From positions 352,001 through 416,000 of the forward strand of contig CAWFFN010000007.1 of NCBI GenBank assembly GCA_963815115.1: DNA of 64,000 nt, written 5' to 3'. The position numbers were made by a program, and so were the translations under genes. The stretch is from an uncultured delta proteobacterium (GTDB lineage: Bacteria > Desulfobacterota > Binatia > DP-6). Each line of letters begins with the position of its first letter. Within the stretch, counting starts at the first letter, position 1. Below are positions 1 through 10,692 of this stretch, one piece after another. Below the pieces are notes generated by a model. It had not been told where the DNA came from, made no database searches, and worked only from the letters and a program-made list of their open reading frames with translations.

Positions 1-425
1 ATGACGTCCGCCATCTCCATCCCGTCCTTGATGGTCGGGATGCGGAAGTGGGTCATGCTGTCGAGGCCGCCCGCGACGAACACGTCGCCGAGACCGCATT
101 GAATCTGCATGACCGCGACATGCACCGACATCATGGCGGTGGTGCAGGCGCGCTCGACGCTCAGCCCGACCACGTGATCCGGGAAGCCGGCGAGGAAGGG
201 GATGGCGGTCCCTGCATGCGCCTGCTCGCCCATCATCTCGACGGCGCCGAGGATCACCCCGTCGACGTCGCCGGGCGCGACGCCCGAGCGGCGCAGGACC
301 TCGTGCAGCACGGCGACGGCGAGGTCGTCCGAGCGGACCTCCCGAAAGGCGCCGCGCTTCGAGTCCGCCTTCCCGAACGGTGTCCGGACGTATCCGACGA
401 GAACCGCGTCGCGCAGCTCGGCCAT
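1..425 (-). CDS. Thiolase (acetyl-CoA C-acyltransferase) family protein, 5' part, runs off the window
   Basis: Manual translation of the reverse strand from ATG at 425: MAELRDAVLVGYVRTPFGKADSKRGAFREVRSDDLA...SVERACTTAMM...VAGGLDSM, with the thiolase N-terminal RTPFGK, catalytic Cys region and AGG-x-DSM motif. Confidence 0.88.
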   Translation of the reverse strand, partial: MAELRDAVLVGYVRTPFGKADSKRGAFREVRSDDLAVAVLHEVLRRSGVAPGDVDGVILGAVEMMGEQAHAGTAIPFLAGFPDHVVGLSVERACTTAMMSVHVAVMQIQCGLGDVFVAGGLDSMTHFRIPTIKDGMEMADV

Positions 426-455
426 GGTGGCCGGGCCTGTAGCGCAGGACCGGCG

Positions 456-2180
456 CTACTGGCAAACCCCGTGGAAGCAGACTACCCCGTTCGGCCCGCA
501 GCTCGTGAAGTCCGGCAGCGTGCCGTGGGTGCAGACGGCGGTCTGCTGGCCCGCCGGGCCGACCACGTTGCAGCCGTCGGCGGTGCAGGCGTTGCCGTCA
601 CCGCAGAGGTTGGCGACGCCGGACGTGCAGGCGCCCTTCACGCAGGCGTCCTTGGCGGAGCACGGGTCCAGGCTCGCGGGGCACGGGGTGCCGTCCTGGA
701 CATTGGTGGTGACGCACCCCTTGTTCGCCACGCAGGCGGACGCCGTGCACGGATTGGTGTCGTTGCAGTTGGGCGGCGGACCGCCGACGCACACGCCGCG
801 GATGCACGCGTCGCCGGCCGTGCACAGATTGCCGTCCTCGCAGGTAGCGCCGGTCGCGAGCGCCGTGTGCTTGCAGCCGAGGGCCTGGTCGCAGGTGTCC
901 GTCGTGCACGAGTTCTTGTCGTCGCAGTCGCGCGCCGGCCCGCTGACGCACTGGCCACTCTGGCAGGAGTCGCCCGCCGTGCAGAGGTTGTTGTCGGTAC
1001 AGCCCGCGCCGTCGGGTCGCGGCCGGCCGGGGCTCAGGCAGCCCTGCACCGCATCACAATCGATGGTGCAGGGGTTGTTGTCGTCGCAGGCCGGCGGATC
1101 GCTCGGCACGCAGATGTGGTTCTGGCACTTCTCGATGCCGTCGCACTTGTCGCCGTCGCTGCACTCGACGTCGGTGGTGCAGCTGCAGCGGCACTGGCCG
1201 GGCTGGCCGTTCTCGATGTTGCCCAGGCCCTGCGAGTCGCCCGCGATGCACTTCCCCGGGCAGGCGGCGTCACCGCTGGCTGCGCTGGCGTCGCACTGCT
1301 CGCCGACGGTCAGGGCGCCGTCGCCGCAGACGCCGCCACGCGCCACCTGGGCGTGCTTGCCGATCGACACCCGGCCGCCGATCGCCCGGCCCTCGAGCTC
1401 GGCGCCCGGGCCGACGCCGATCTTGCCGGTGGGCACGCGTACGTACGCCTTGACGCTCGCTGCACCCGATAGCTTGGCTGCCGGACCCGCGACGTCGATC
1501 TGGAAGTCGCCCGGGGCGAGGAGCTGGTTGGGCGACGGGCCGACGGTCGAACCGCCGCCGGCGCCGAAGCGGCCCTGGACGTTCAGGACGACGGGGTTGT
1601 CGGCGAGGAGGCTCGCGTGGCTGCCCACCTTGACGCTCGCGACGTGGTATCGACCGACGCCGCTCCCGGAGGACAGGCCGCGCAGCACGAGCTTGGCGTT
1701 CTCCGCGACGGTGATGCTGCCGTAGAATCCGGGAGCCAGGAAGACGATGTCACCGGCGGCGACCTCGACCGCCTGGCTGCCGGGGCTGACGCTCGGGAAC
1801 GCCGGCAGGTTGGCGAAGGTGATCGGCAAGGTGACGGGGAAGGGGCCGCCGGTGTTGATGTTCGAGCCGTCCTTCAGGATCGGCTCGTTCGCGAACAGCC
1901 GCCCGACGTTGGCTCCGTTCATCAGCTTGGCCCGGTCGCCGACGGCGTCGGCGGTGACCGGGCACGAGGCGCCCTTGCCGACCATCAGGACGCTGCCGGC
2001 GTTGGTCGCCGCGGCGTTGCCGCCGAGGATCAGGGCGCCGCTGCCGAGCTTGATCTGTGAGCCGGCGATGACCGCGTAGGTCCGGAAGTCGCTGGAGGGA
2101 GTCTGCGCGCCGGCGAGTCGGACCGTGGTCAGGGATGCCACGAGGGCGAGCGCCAGGAAGGCGCCGGAGGCTGTCCGCAT
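456..2180 (-). CDS. Secreted protein: N-terminal beta-solenoid-like domain (DUF3494/ice-binding-like) plus Cys-rich repeats
   Basis: Signal peptide MRTASGAFLALALVASLTTVRLAGAQ; YAVIAGSQI and LAPGFYG motifs; one CGDG..GEQCD repeat followed by CDDxNxCTxDxC (Dictyostelium-type) repeats; start placed at ATG 2180. Confidence 0.75.
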   Translation of the reverse strand: MRTASGAFLALALVASLTTVRLAGAQTPSSDFRTYAVIAGSQIKLGSGALILGGNAAATNAGSVLMVGKGASCPVTADAVGDRAKLMNGANVGRLFANEPILKDGSNINTGGPFPVTLPITFANLPAFPSVSPGSQAVEVAAGDIVFLAPGFYGSITVAENAKLVLRGLSSGSGVGRYHVASVKVGSHASLLADNPVVLNVQGRFGAGGGSTVGPSPNQLLAPGDFQIDVAGPAAKLSGAASVKAYVRVPTGKIGVGPGAELEGRAIGGRVSIGKHAQVARGGVCGDGALTVGEQCDASAASGDAACPGKCIAGDSQGLGNIENGQPGQCRCSCTTDVECSDGDKCDGIEKCQNHICVPSDPPACDDNNPCTIDCDAVQGCLSPGRPRPDGAGCTDNNLCTAGDSCQSGQCVSGPARDCDDKNSCTTDTCDQALGCKHTALATGATCEDGNLCTAGDACIRGVCVGGPPPNCNDTNPCTASACVANKGCVTTNVQDGTPCPASLDPCSAKDACVKGACTSGVANLCGDGNACTADGCNVVGPAGQQTAVCTHGTLPDFTSCGPNGVVCFHGVCQ

Positions 2181-2193
2181 GACGCGTGCGTTC

Positions 2194-2209
2194 CGCAAGA
2201 CACATGCCA
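2194..2209 (-). promoter_or_regulatory. sigma54 (-24/-12) promoter
   Basis: Reverse strand reads TGGCAT-GTGTC-TTGCG (GG-N10-GC), just upstream of ATG 2180. Confidence 0.7.
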
Positions 2210-2497
2210 CGGAGTGATTCCATTCGCCGACGGAAAGCATCGTTAAATCAAGGGTATTACGCTCCATCCCACTGCGCTGCCGCATGGTGTCGCGCAGCCG
2301 CAAGGGGCGTTGGGACTAGAGGGCCGGACGCGAGTCGGGAAGGCCGGTGCGACCGGCGGGCGGCCAGAAACTGCCTTCGATTTTCTGGACTCGACTTGCA
2401 CTCATGCATCCGTCAGGCGTGCAAGACATGCCCCCTCCCTTTGGTCGCATACGGACGGCCCTTTGGGGCGGTGGCTAGTGGCCAAAGATCGTCGTGA

Positions 2498-2510
2498 AAT
2501 CAATAAGTTG
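2498..2510 (+). promoter_or_regulatory. IHF-binding consensus site
   Basis: AATCAATAAGTTG is an exact WATCAANNNNTTR match in an AT-rich patch ~35 bp upstream of a sigma54 motif. Confidence 0.6.
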
Positions 2511-2545
2511 ATCCAGATGAACGGGTGCCGGGCCACGGGACCCCG

Positions 2546-2561
2546 TGGCATGTTTTCTGCT
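2546..2561 (+). promoter_or_regulatory. sigma54 (-24/-12) promoter
   Basis: TGGCAT-GTTTT-CTGCT (GG-N10-GC) upstream of ATG 2577. Confidence 0.6.
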
Positions 2562-2576
2562 GCCTGGAGGACCGCG

Positions 2577-5500
2577 ATGCGGACATACGCGAAGATTGCC
2601 CGGTGCGGCGAGTACCTACTGTTTTTGGGCCTCCTGGTCCTCGCCGCCTCGACCGCCCATGCGCTGCACAGGGAATCGCCGGACGAGTTCCGCGAGACCA
2701 GCGCCGACGACCATACCCATACCCCGGGTCGGGCGTGGGGCAACTGGGACACATTCTCGTCCACCCAGGACCTCGCCGTCCCACCGCACGGTCCAGCGAA
2801 GGCGCCCGGCCGGCAGATCTTCGTGTTCAACCTGGGCTTCTACGACTGCGCCCAGGACACCACGAAGCGGTGTGCCGACAACGACACGCCGGGCAACTGC
2901 CAGAACACGCCATGTCCGCCGATCGGGACCCCTTACCTGCGCCAGATCACCAACGGCCCGGGCGACCCCGACAACCCGACCATCAGCACGGCGACGTTCG
3001 CCGCCGTCCAGGCCGGCAACCAGGAGGACGTCTGGGTCGCCTTCGACGCCCTCGGCATCTTCGGCTGCAACCCGACCGACGCGGCGTGCACGGGCGGCGC
3101 CGCCGCGTCGCATCGCCAGATTCTTCATGTACAACCTGCTCACCACCGAGCTGCGGCAGATCACCAACTCCGCGCTCGGTGACAGCGTGCAGCCGTCGTT
3201 CAACCGGACCGGCGGCATGATGGTCTTCCAGTCGACCGCACCGCTCACCGGCTTTCCGAATCCGGCCGGAGTCCCCCAGGTCTTCGTCGTCAAGCTCAAC
3301 TTCGTCGGCAACCCGCAGCTGCCGGGGCCGATCTTCAAGCAGCTGAGCGTCGGCCCGAGCCCGGCGAACGTCATCGGCCTCGGCCCGAGCATCAACCCCA
3401 TCCTCAACGAAAACGGCACCGGGATCGCCTTCCAGTCCCGCTCCGACTTCCTGGGCGGCGGCCGTGACACAGGTATCTACCAGATCTACTACGTCGATTT
3501 CGACAAGGACACCTTCAACGTCCGGACGCTCTTCCGGATCACCAACGGCAACGCGTCGAGCGAGCACCCCCACCTGGGCTTCACCAAGGTGCCTAACCCC
3601 CAGCCCGGTGCGGACAACAAGCGCAAGGTGCTCCTCTTCGACTCCGCCGCCACGAACCTGCCCGGCGCGCAGCCGGGGGACCCGGCGCGGAAGATCTACG
3701 AGGTCGCGATCTCGGGTCTGAGTGACGACAACGGGACGCCGGATCAGTCGTGCGTCAATGGCCAGCCGAACACGGCGTGCGTCCACAACATCACGACCGG
3801 GGTATTCGGTAACTGCACGCATCCGGTCGTCGATCCTTCGGGGAGTCGTCTCGCGTTCACCTGCGACGGCGACCCGCTGCGCAACGGCAGCACGGGCAAC
3901 CAGGCCTTCGCGCTGACGCGGCAGAACTCGCAGCTCTACCAGATCACCGGCGCCGGCGAGGTGGTCGGTCCGATCTCCAACAGCATCGGCCAGTGGTTCC
4001 TCACCCTCGCCACCACCAGCGATCTCAGCCAGGGCGGCTCCTGCGGCACGCAGCTCTATATCATCGACTTCGCGGCCGGGAAGTGGGTCGCCGCGACCGG
4101 CCTCGGACAACTGCCGCCGGACGCCATCCCGCAGGGGCCGACCAGCCGTATCGGCCAGCGCAACTTCTCGATCCTCCCCGCCGGCGCGGCGGCTGGTGGC
4201 AGCGATACCGCTGTCACCACGCGCGACGGCACGACCACGACGCCGGTCGCGACCACGAAGAGCCCGATCGATCAGGGCAACATCAGCATGATCATCGGCG
4301 CCCCCGATCCGTTCCTGTTCGAGACGACCATGGAGATCCTGCAGAATCGTATCAAGCTGCCGCCGATCCGCACGCCGTTCGGCGCCGTGTGCGTGACACC
4401 GACGGACAAGGGCGTGGGCGACCTCGACTGCGACGGCGGGAAAGAAGGCGGCGACTACGTCATCACCAAGGATCACTTCACGGACGACAGCGATCCGCTG
4501 TGCGAGCAGGGCTGCCGCGAGAGCATCATGTGCCCGGACAGCTACGTGGCGCCATGGCAGTACGTCACCCTCTGCCCGTTCTGCGACTTCCCGGACCCCA
4601 CGACGCCCGGCCTGCCCCCGCCCGACACGGGGACCTGCTCGGGCGGTCCGAACGCCGGGATTCTCTGCCGGAGCGACGACGCCTGTCGCATCGGCCTCAC
4701 CTGCACGAATGACCTGATGTCGCAGTGGGCCTGTCAGGGTGCGCGGACCGTCGACGCCCAGGGCACCTTCCTTCCGGGCGGCGCGCGCATGAACTTCCCG
4801 GTGCGGCTCACCCTGTCGGGTGCAGCCGGGCCGGACCGCGAGTTCTGCTCGGGCGACGACACCTACATCAACATGCCGCCCATCGACACGCGGCTGTTCC
4901 TGACGACGGGATCGGCCACCGGCACCATCACGGATGCCGACCTGGCGCCCGATCCGACGACGCGCGCGCTGACGCTCGGCACCACGGTCACCATCACGCA
5001 GACCGGGGCTCCCTTCGACTGCGCCCGCCTCCGCACCGGCGACCTCGCGGGCGCGGCCCTGGTCGGCGTGCTGCCGATCATGAACGTTCCCAACCTGCCG
5101 GGCTTCCGCGACGTCGTCCTGAGCCTGCACTACACGCCGGACGTGGGTGCCCTGGCATCGTGCGATCCGTTCTGCCTCGACAGCAGCACGTGCGACGACG
5201 GCAACCCTTGTAACGGCGTCGAGAGCTGCAACGGCAACCGCTGCGCCGCCGGCACCCCGGTGGTGTGCGACGACGGCGTGGCCTGCAACGGCGTCGAGGT
5301 CTGTGACCCGGCCAACGGCTCGTGCGGCCCGGGCACTCCGCTCGTCTGTAACGACAACAACGTCTGCACCGGGACGGACGCCGCCGGCACGGACGCCTGC
5401 GTCGAGCCGACCGGGTGCGTGTTCACGCCCAGGATCGGGGCGACGTGCGACGACCTGGATGCCTGCACGGCGAACGACCTGTGCGTCGCCGACCCGACCG

Positions 5501-6918
5501 CGGTCGCGGCCTGCCACGGCACGATCACGGCGGCGGCGCTGGCGTGCGACGATCATCAGCTCTGCAATGGCGTGGAGTCGTGCAACCCGGCTAGCGGGAC
5601 CTGTCAGACGACGCCGACCAGCTGCGACGACACGAACACCTGCACCACCGACACCTGTGATCCGGCCGCCAACGCCGGAGCGGGCGGCTGCGTGAACACG
5701 ACGCTGGCCGCTGGGACGCCGTGCAACGACGGCAATGCCTGCACGGGCCCCGGAGTCAGCGACACCTGCAATGCCGCGGGGCAGTGCACGGGGGCCCCCG
5801 TCGTCTGTACCGACGGCAACGCGTGCAACGGCCTCGAGCTCTGCGACTCGACGCTGGGCTGCCAGCCGGGAACCCAGCTCGACTGCGACGACAACAACCC
5901 GTGCACGACGAACGACTGCGACCCGACGCAGGGGTGCGTCAACGCGCCGCTGAACGGCATGGTCTGCGATGACGGCAGCGCCTGCACCGTCAACGACGTC
6001 TGCACGCCGTCGGGCAGCAGCAGCGTCTGCACCGGCGCCCTGATGACCTGCGACGACGGCAACGCGTGCAACGGGACCGAGACGTGCAACCCCGGAGCGA
6101 GCAGCCCGGCGACGGCCTGCGTGCCCGGCACGACCCCGACGTGTGAGGACAACGACATCTGCACGACCGATAACTGCGTCGCACCGACCGGGTGCGTGCA
6201 TACGCCGACCGCCGCCTGCGACGACGGCAACGCCTGCAACGGGCCGGAGAGCTGTGATCCCGCGAATCCCACCCAGTGCCTGCCCCCGGGGCCGGTGACC
6301 TGTGACGACGGGAACGATTGTACCGACGACAGCTGCAACCCGGGCGTCGGCTGCCAGCACGACAACAACACCGGACCCTGCAGTGACGGCACGGAGTGCA
6401 CGACGGGCGACATCTGCAGCGGCGGGAGCTGCGTCGGCACGCCGATGCAGTGCACCGACAACAACGCCTGCAACGGAATTGAAACCTGCGATCCGAACCT
6501 CGGCTGCATGGCGGGGACGATCCCGAACTGCAACGACGGCGACGAGTGCACCACCGACAGCTGCGATCCGGTGTCCGGGTGCCAGAACGGCTCCGACCCG
6601 GAGTCCTACGCCATCTGCCGCCTGAACATCCTCGCCGATGCCATCCAGGGCACGCCGGCGAACGATCTGGGCGGGGTCAAGAAGAAGAAGAAGTACATGT
6701 TGCAGGTGACGAGCTCTCTGCGGGCGCTCCAGAAGGCCCTGGTGGCATCGCCACGGCAGAAGGCCCAGAACCTGCGGAAGTCCCAGCGTCGCCTGAGCCG
6801 CGTCAACGACGGCATCCAGAAGGCGATCGACACGCACCAGATCGATACCGCTCTCGGGAACCAGATTCTCGACCTGGTCGCCAAGGCGGCGCGCGCGCTG
6901 CAGGCGATCGGGAAGTAG
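2577..6918 (+). CDS. Large secreted protein (~1450 aa): TolB/PD40-like propeller, unknown central domain, many Cys-rich repeats, basic helical C-terminal domain; one apparent frameshift at ~3121
   Basis: GGAGG then ATG 2577 with signal peptide (...LLVLAASTAHA); removing one T in cagattcttcatg gives RQIFMYNLL and joins ORF 2310-3182 to ORF 2545-6918; repeated QIF/QIY propeller blades; CDDGNxCNGxExC and CTTDxC repeats. Confidence 0.75.
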
Positions 6919-6998
6919 TGATGGTCCGGAGAGCGATACGGCGTGGCTGCCGGGCCGTGGCCCGGCGGCCAGCGACGCCCGTCAACGAGGGGGTTTAG

Positions 6999-8783
6999 AT
7001 GATCTGGAAGTCCAGCAGCCTGGCCGTCGCCGCACTCCTGGCGGGGGCTCTCGTGAGCCCTGCCCGGGCCAACATCCTGCACGTCGACGACGACGGTCTC
7101 GATCCCTTCGAGTGCGAGGCGGCGCAGTTTCACACCATCGCGGAGGCCCTCGCGACGGCCAACCCGGGCGACGAGATCCGGGTATGCCCGGGCGTGTATC
7201 CCGAGCAGGTGGTGCTCACGCAGGCGATCCGGCTGACCGGAATCTCGTTCGGCAGCGCCCGGCCCGTGATCAGGCCGACGGCGCTGCCCGCGTCGCGGCC
7301 CAGCCTGCTCGGCGGCAATCCGGTGACCGGCGCGATCATCGTCGACAACGAATTCGTCCGCATCACCAACCTGGAGATCGATCTCTCCAACGTGAACGTC
7401 ACGACCTGCCTGCCGTTCCTCACCGGCGTGTATCTGCGCCGGGCCAACGGCTCGGTGGAAAAGACACGGATCGAGAACGTGGCCGTGGCTGGCAACCCGA
7501 GCTGCGAGAGCGGCGTCGGGCTCTACGTCGAGAGCGGAGCGGTCGACGAGTTTCTCGGCAACCCCGTTCTGCTCCCGGCTCGCGTGATCGTCCGTGACCT
7601 GGACGTTTCCGGCTATCAGAAGGCCGGGCTCGTCGGGAACGGCCCGCGCACGGTCCTCATCGTGAAGGGTGGCGGGGCGACGGGTCTCGGAGCCACGGCG
7701 GGGGTGGTGCAGTATGGCTACCAGGTCGGCTTCGGCGCCAAGGGCAAGATCGCCCAGGTGTCCGCGAGCGGCCATCGCTCGCTCGTCACGGCCAAGGCCG
7801 CGGCGGGACTGCTCATCTTCCAGGCCGACCGGGTGAGCTTCCGGAAGAGCGACGTCAGCGACGGACAGGAAGGCGTCCTCTGCATCGGCGACCGCGCCCG
7901 GGTGAAGAAGACGAGCTTCAGTGACATGTCGGGAGACGGGGTCGTCTTCCTGGGCGACGCGAACCTGGCGGCAGCCAACTTGATCGAGCGCAGCAGCGTG
8001 GCCGGCGTGTTCATCAAGGGCGACCGCAACACGGTCCGGGGCGGGATCATGCGCGACCTTGGCAACGGCGTCTGGTTCCAGGACGGCGTCGGCAACAAGT
8101 ACGGCGGCGTCCACTTCGAGAACGTGCCGCTTCCTGCCCAGGGAGTGTACGGCGGGGTCCGCTGGGACTTGGGCAAGGCCTCGGCCGATCCGTTCTCCAC
8201 GGCCTGCGACACGGCCGCCGATTGCGACGACTCGAACTCGTGCACCACGGACGCTTGCGACCCGGCCAGCGGACACTGCTCCTACACGACGCTCCCTGCG
8301 GGGACCACGTGTGACGACCGGAACACCTGCACGACAGCAGACGTATGCAATGCCGCCGGTGCCTGTCAGGGTACGCTCGCGCCGGCCGGCACCGGGTGCG
8401 ACGACGGCAACTCGTGCACGCAGGTCGATACCTGCAACGCGAGCGGGGCATGCATCGGCACCCCGTCCCCGGTCGGCGTCTCCTGCGACGACGGGAACGC
8501 GTGTACGGGACCCGACACCTGCGCTGCGGGCGCCAGGTGCGTCGGGCTACCGGTCACGGTCGGTACGACCTGCGACGATGCAAATCAGTGCACGGCGAAC
8601 GATGCCTGCGACGCGTTCGGCATCTGCCGCGGGGCGGTGGCGCCGATCGGAAGCGCCTGCGATGACGGGAACGAGTGCACCATCGATCAGTGCGACACGG
8701 CCGTGTGCGAGGGCGACCCGGCGCTGGACGGGACCCCGTGCGCGGGCGGAACGCTCGCCTGCACGGCGGGCGTCTGTTCCTGA
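6999..8783 (+). CDS. Secreted right-handed parallel beta-helix protein with C-terminal Cys-rich repeats
   Basis: Signal peptide; FHTIAEALATANPGDEIRVCPGVYPEQV is a typical pectin-lyase-fold N-terminus; ~6 CDDGNxCTxxDxC repeats. Confidence 0.8.
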   Translation: MIWKSSSLAVAALLAGALVSPARANILHVDDDGLDPFECEAAQFHTIAEALATANPGDEIRVCPGVYPEQVVLTQAIRLTGISFGSARPVIRPTALPASRPSLLGGNPVTGAIIVDNEFVRITNLEIDLSNVNVTTCLPFLTGVYLRRANGSVEKTRIENVAVAGNPSCESGVGLYVESGAVDEFLGNPVLLPARVIVRDLDVSGYQKAGLVGNGPRTVLIVKGGGATGLGATAGVVQYGYQVGFGAKGKIAQVSASGHRSLVTAKAAAGLLIFQADRVSFRKSDVSDGQEGVLCIGDRARVKKTSFSDMSGDGVVFLGDANLAAANLIERSSVAGVFIKGDRNTVRGGIMRDLGNGVWFQDGVGNKYGGVHFENVPLPAQGVYGGVRWDLGKASADPFSTACDTAADCDDSNSCTTDACDPASGHCSYTTLPAGTTCDDRNTCTTADVCNAAGACQGTLAPAGTGCDDGNSCTQVDTCNASGACIGTPSPVGVSCDDGNACTGPDTCAAGARCVGLPVTVGTTCDDANQCTANDACDAFGICRGAVAPIGSACDDGNECTIDQCDTAVCEGDPALDGTPCAGGTLACTAGVCS

Positions 8784-8865
8784 GCTCGGAGCTGGAGCGC
8801 AACAACGTGACACGCGGCGCCGGCGGGCCGAGCCCCCGGCGCCGCGTGTGCGTCTGGCGGACGAC

Positions 8866-9435
8866 TCAGCTCGTCGGCTCGAGCGAGGACCCGATGGTCG
8901 GCGTCTCGAGGCCGGTCCAGTTCTCCCAGTAGCCGCCGTCCTTGTTCTTCAGCTTGAAGGAGTTGCCGAGCAGCGCATCGGGGCTGAAGATGCGGAGACC
9001 GTGACCGAAGGCCCGGACGAGGCCGACCGGGTACTCGTAGAATGCGGCCTCCAGGAAGCGAACCGGGAGGGAGTGCTCGGACATGTCGTATGTCGGCAGC
9101 GCCCCCACCGCCTCACAGGGACCGCAGGCGATCGGCGCCCACAGCCAGTCGTACGCGCTCACCACCTGGGTCGTGCCGATCTTGTAGCCGGGCTTCTCGA
9201 CCTCGACGCGGTAGTTGTTGTCGCGTCGCAGACGCACGGTTGCGGGCGTCGTGACGGTCTGCTTCTGGGTATCGACGAATAGCGGCCCCCGCGTGGACGT
9301 CTGGGCCGACACCGTCGCCTGCGCCCCCGGCGGGTTGGAGTCGATCACGACGTCCTGGTACGGCCCGTGGACGATCGTGGCGCATCCGCTCAGCACGGCG
9401 AGCGCCACTGCGGAGAAAGTCACCTGCCGGGTCAT
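8866..9435 (-). CDS. Lipoprotein with PEGA-like domain
   Basis: Lipobox LSGC; CATIVHGPYQDVVIDSNPPGA...TPATVRL...VEKPGY. Confidence 0.7.
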   Translation of the reverse strand: MTRQVTFSAVALAVLSGCATIVHGPYQDVVIDSNPPGAQATVSAQTSTRGPLFVDTQKQTVTTPATVRLRRDNNYRVEVEKPGYKIGTTQVVSAYDWLWAPIACGPCEAVGALPTYDMSEHSLPVRFLEAAFYEYPVGLVRAFGHGLRIFSPDALLGNSFKLKNKDGGYWENWTGLETPTIGSSLEPTS

Positions 9436-9530
9436 CGGACCCCCTTTCGATGAAATCGGGACGGGGCCTCGTGCACGCCCCCGCCCGGAATCACGCGGCC
9501 GCGCGGAAGACCACGCGGCGGGCCGCAGGC

Positions 9531-9812
9531 CTACTTCTTGCCCAGGACGGACTCCTTGAACGTCTTCGCCACCGAGAAGCCGACCTTCTTGCGGGCAGGA
9601 ATCTTGATCGGCTCTCCCGTCTGCGGATTCCTCCCCATGCGGGCCTTCATCTTGCGGAGCCGGAAGATGCCCAAGCCGGGGATCTTGACGGACTCGCCCT
9701 TCTTGACGCTCTTCGTGACCGTATCGACCAGGCAGTCGAGGATCTCGTCGCCCTGTTTACGGCTAACCCCACCTGCTTCTGCGAGTTTTGTCACCAACTG
9801 CGCCTTCGTCAT
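9531..9812 (-). CDS. hup: HU/IHF family DNA-binding protein
   Basis: MTKAQLV...GLGIF...ARMGRNPQTGEPIKIPARKKVGF; GGAGG RBS upstream. Confidence 0.93.
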   Translation of the reverse strand: MTKAQLVTKLAEAGGVSRKQGDEILDCLVDTVTKSVKKGESVKIPGLGIFRLRKMKARMGRNPQTGEPIKIPARKKVGFSVAKTFKESVLGKK

Positions 9813-9868
9813 CGCAGCACCTCCATCCCTGAGGACAACGAACCGGAATGATCGCGGAGAAACGGGCT

Positions 9869-9898
9869 CTATTACGGCAGTCGGACGGCGAGTGTCAA
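9869..9898 (-). promoter_or_regulatory. Putative sigma70 promoter of hup
   Basis: TTGACA-N18-TAATAG on the reverse strand. Confidence 0.45.
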
Positions 9899-10124
9899 GA
9901 AAACCCGCGCCAATCAAGGGCTAGCACGCTATTCGCCCACCCGGGGTAGGTGCTCGGCGGCACGGGACGGCGCTGGCCAGGGCGGGGACGGCGAGCCGGC
10001 ACGATCGGCGGCACGAACGCCCGGGTGATCGGGCGGATATGCCCATCCATTGCGCAAACGCACGATATCGGGAAAATCATGGTCTTCCGCTGATGCGACT
10101 TTCGTGCAGAAACCACCACTTTGG

Positions 10125-10140
10125 TGGCATCCGAATTGCA
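10125..10140 (+). promoter_or_regulatory. sigma54 (-24/-12) promoter
   Basis: TGGCAT-CCGAA-TTGCA, near-perfect consensus, 30 bp upstream of GTG 10171. Confidence 0.78.
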
Positions 10141-10170
10141 ACTATGCGAGAAAACGAAGGTCGGTGACAG

Positions 10171-10473
10171 GTGCATACGACGATCAGCAACCCGGCGAAC
10201 GGAGTCCGTGAGATCCTGGACCGGGTCATCTCTGCCTACGAGGAGATCGACCGTCGGTTCACGGCCGCAGGGGGCCTGTCCCGGCTCCTCGCCCTGTACG
10301 AGCAGCTCCAGCGCGAGCTCGAGCGCGTATCGTACGAGGAGATCGACCGGATGACCGGCGAGATCAAGAGCGTCATCGAGACCCTCCTCACGATGGACTA
10401 CGAGCTGCGACGGGTGAACAACCTGAAGCTGGCGTTCGACGCCAGACAGCCGGGCTCCGGCGGCACGGGGTGA
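10171..10473 (+). CDS. Small alpha-helical/coiled-coil protein of unknown function
   Basis: 100-aa ORF with host-like codon use and an amphipathic helical pattern; resembles 47926-48207. Confidence 0.72.
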   Translation: MHTTISNPANGVREILDRVISAYEEIDRRFTAAGGLSRLLALYEQLQRELERVSYEEIDRMTGEIKSVIETLLTMDYELRRVNNLKLAFDARQPGSGGTG

Positions 10474-10692
10474 GGGCAGGCCGCGTATCCAACCCGCAAC
10501 CGCGCGAGACCGATCGCGCGGGAATGCGGGACGCCTGGTTGCAAGGTTGAGATGGCCCCTCGTATGATCGGCGAGCTCGTCCGGCGATTGGAGCCGAGCG
10601 TGACCGGCATCCCGTACGAGCTGGATTCTAGCCGCCCTCGCATTCCGGCGTTGCGGAAAGGGGGCACGCAGGAGGCCGTTGCCGGCGGGCTC

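Noticed and set aside
2418-2433. GGCATGTCTTGCAC on the minus strand as a fifth sigma54 promoter
   Set aside because: Spacing is GG-N8-GC rather than the required N10
5150-6600. Recurring tgcgacgacggcaac-like DNA repeats as a possible CRISPR or tandem array
   Set aside because: Degenerate, in-frame, encode CDDGN protein repeats; no constant repeat-spacer structure and no cas genes
6679-6693. (AAG)5 repeat as a phase-variable tract
   Set aside because: In-frame trinucleotide encoding a Lys run; slippage would not shift the frame
2983-6837. 1284-aa minus-strand ORF and many other long overlapping ORFs (e.g. 15148-17664, 25334-27760, 36573-38762, 60396-62528)
   Set aside because: Antisense or off-frame shadows of real genes, expected at high GC; Arg/Ala/Gly-rich translations with no motifs
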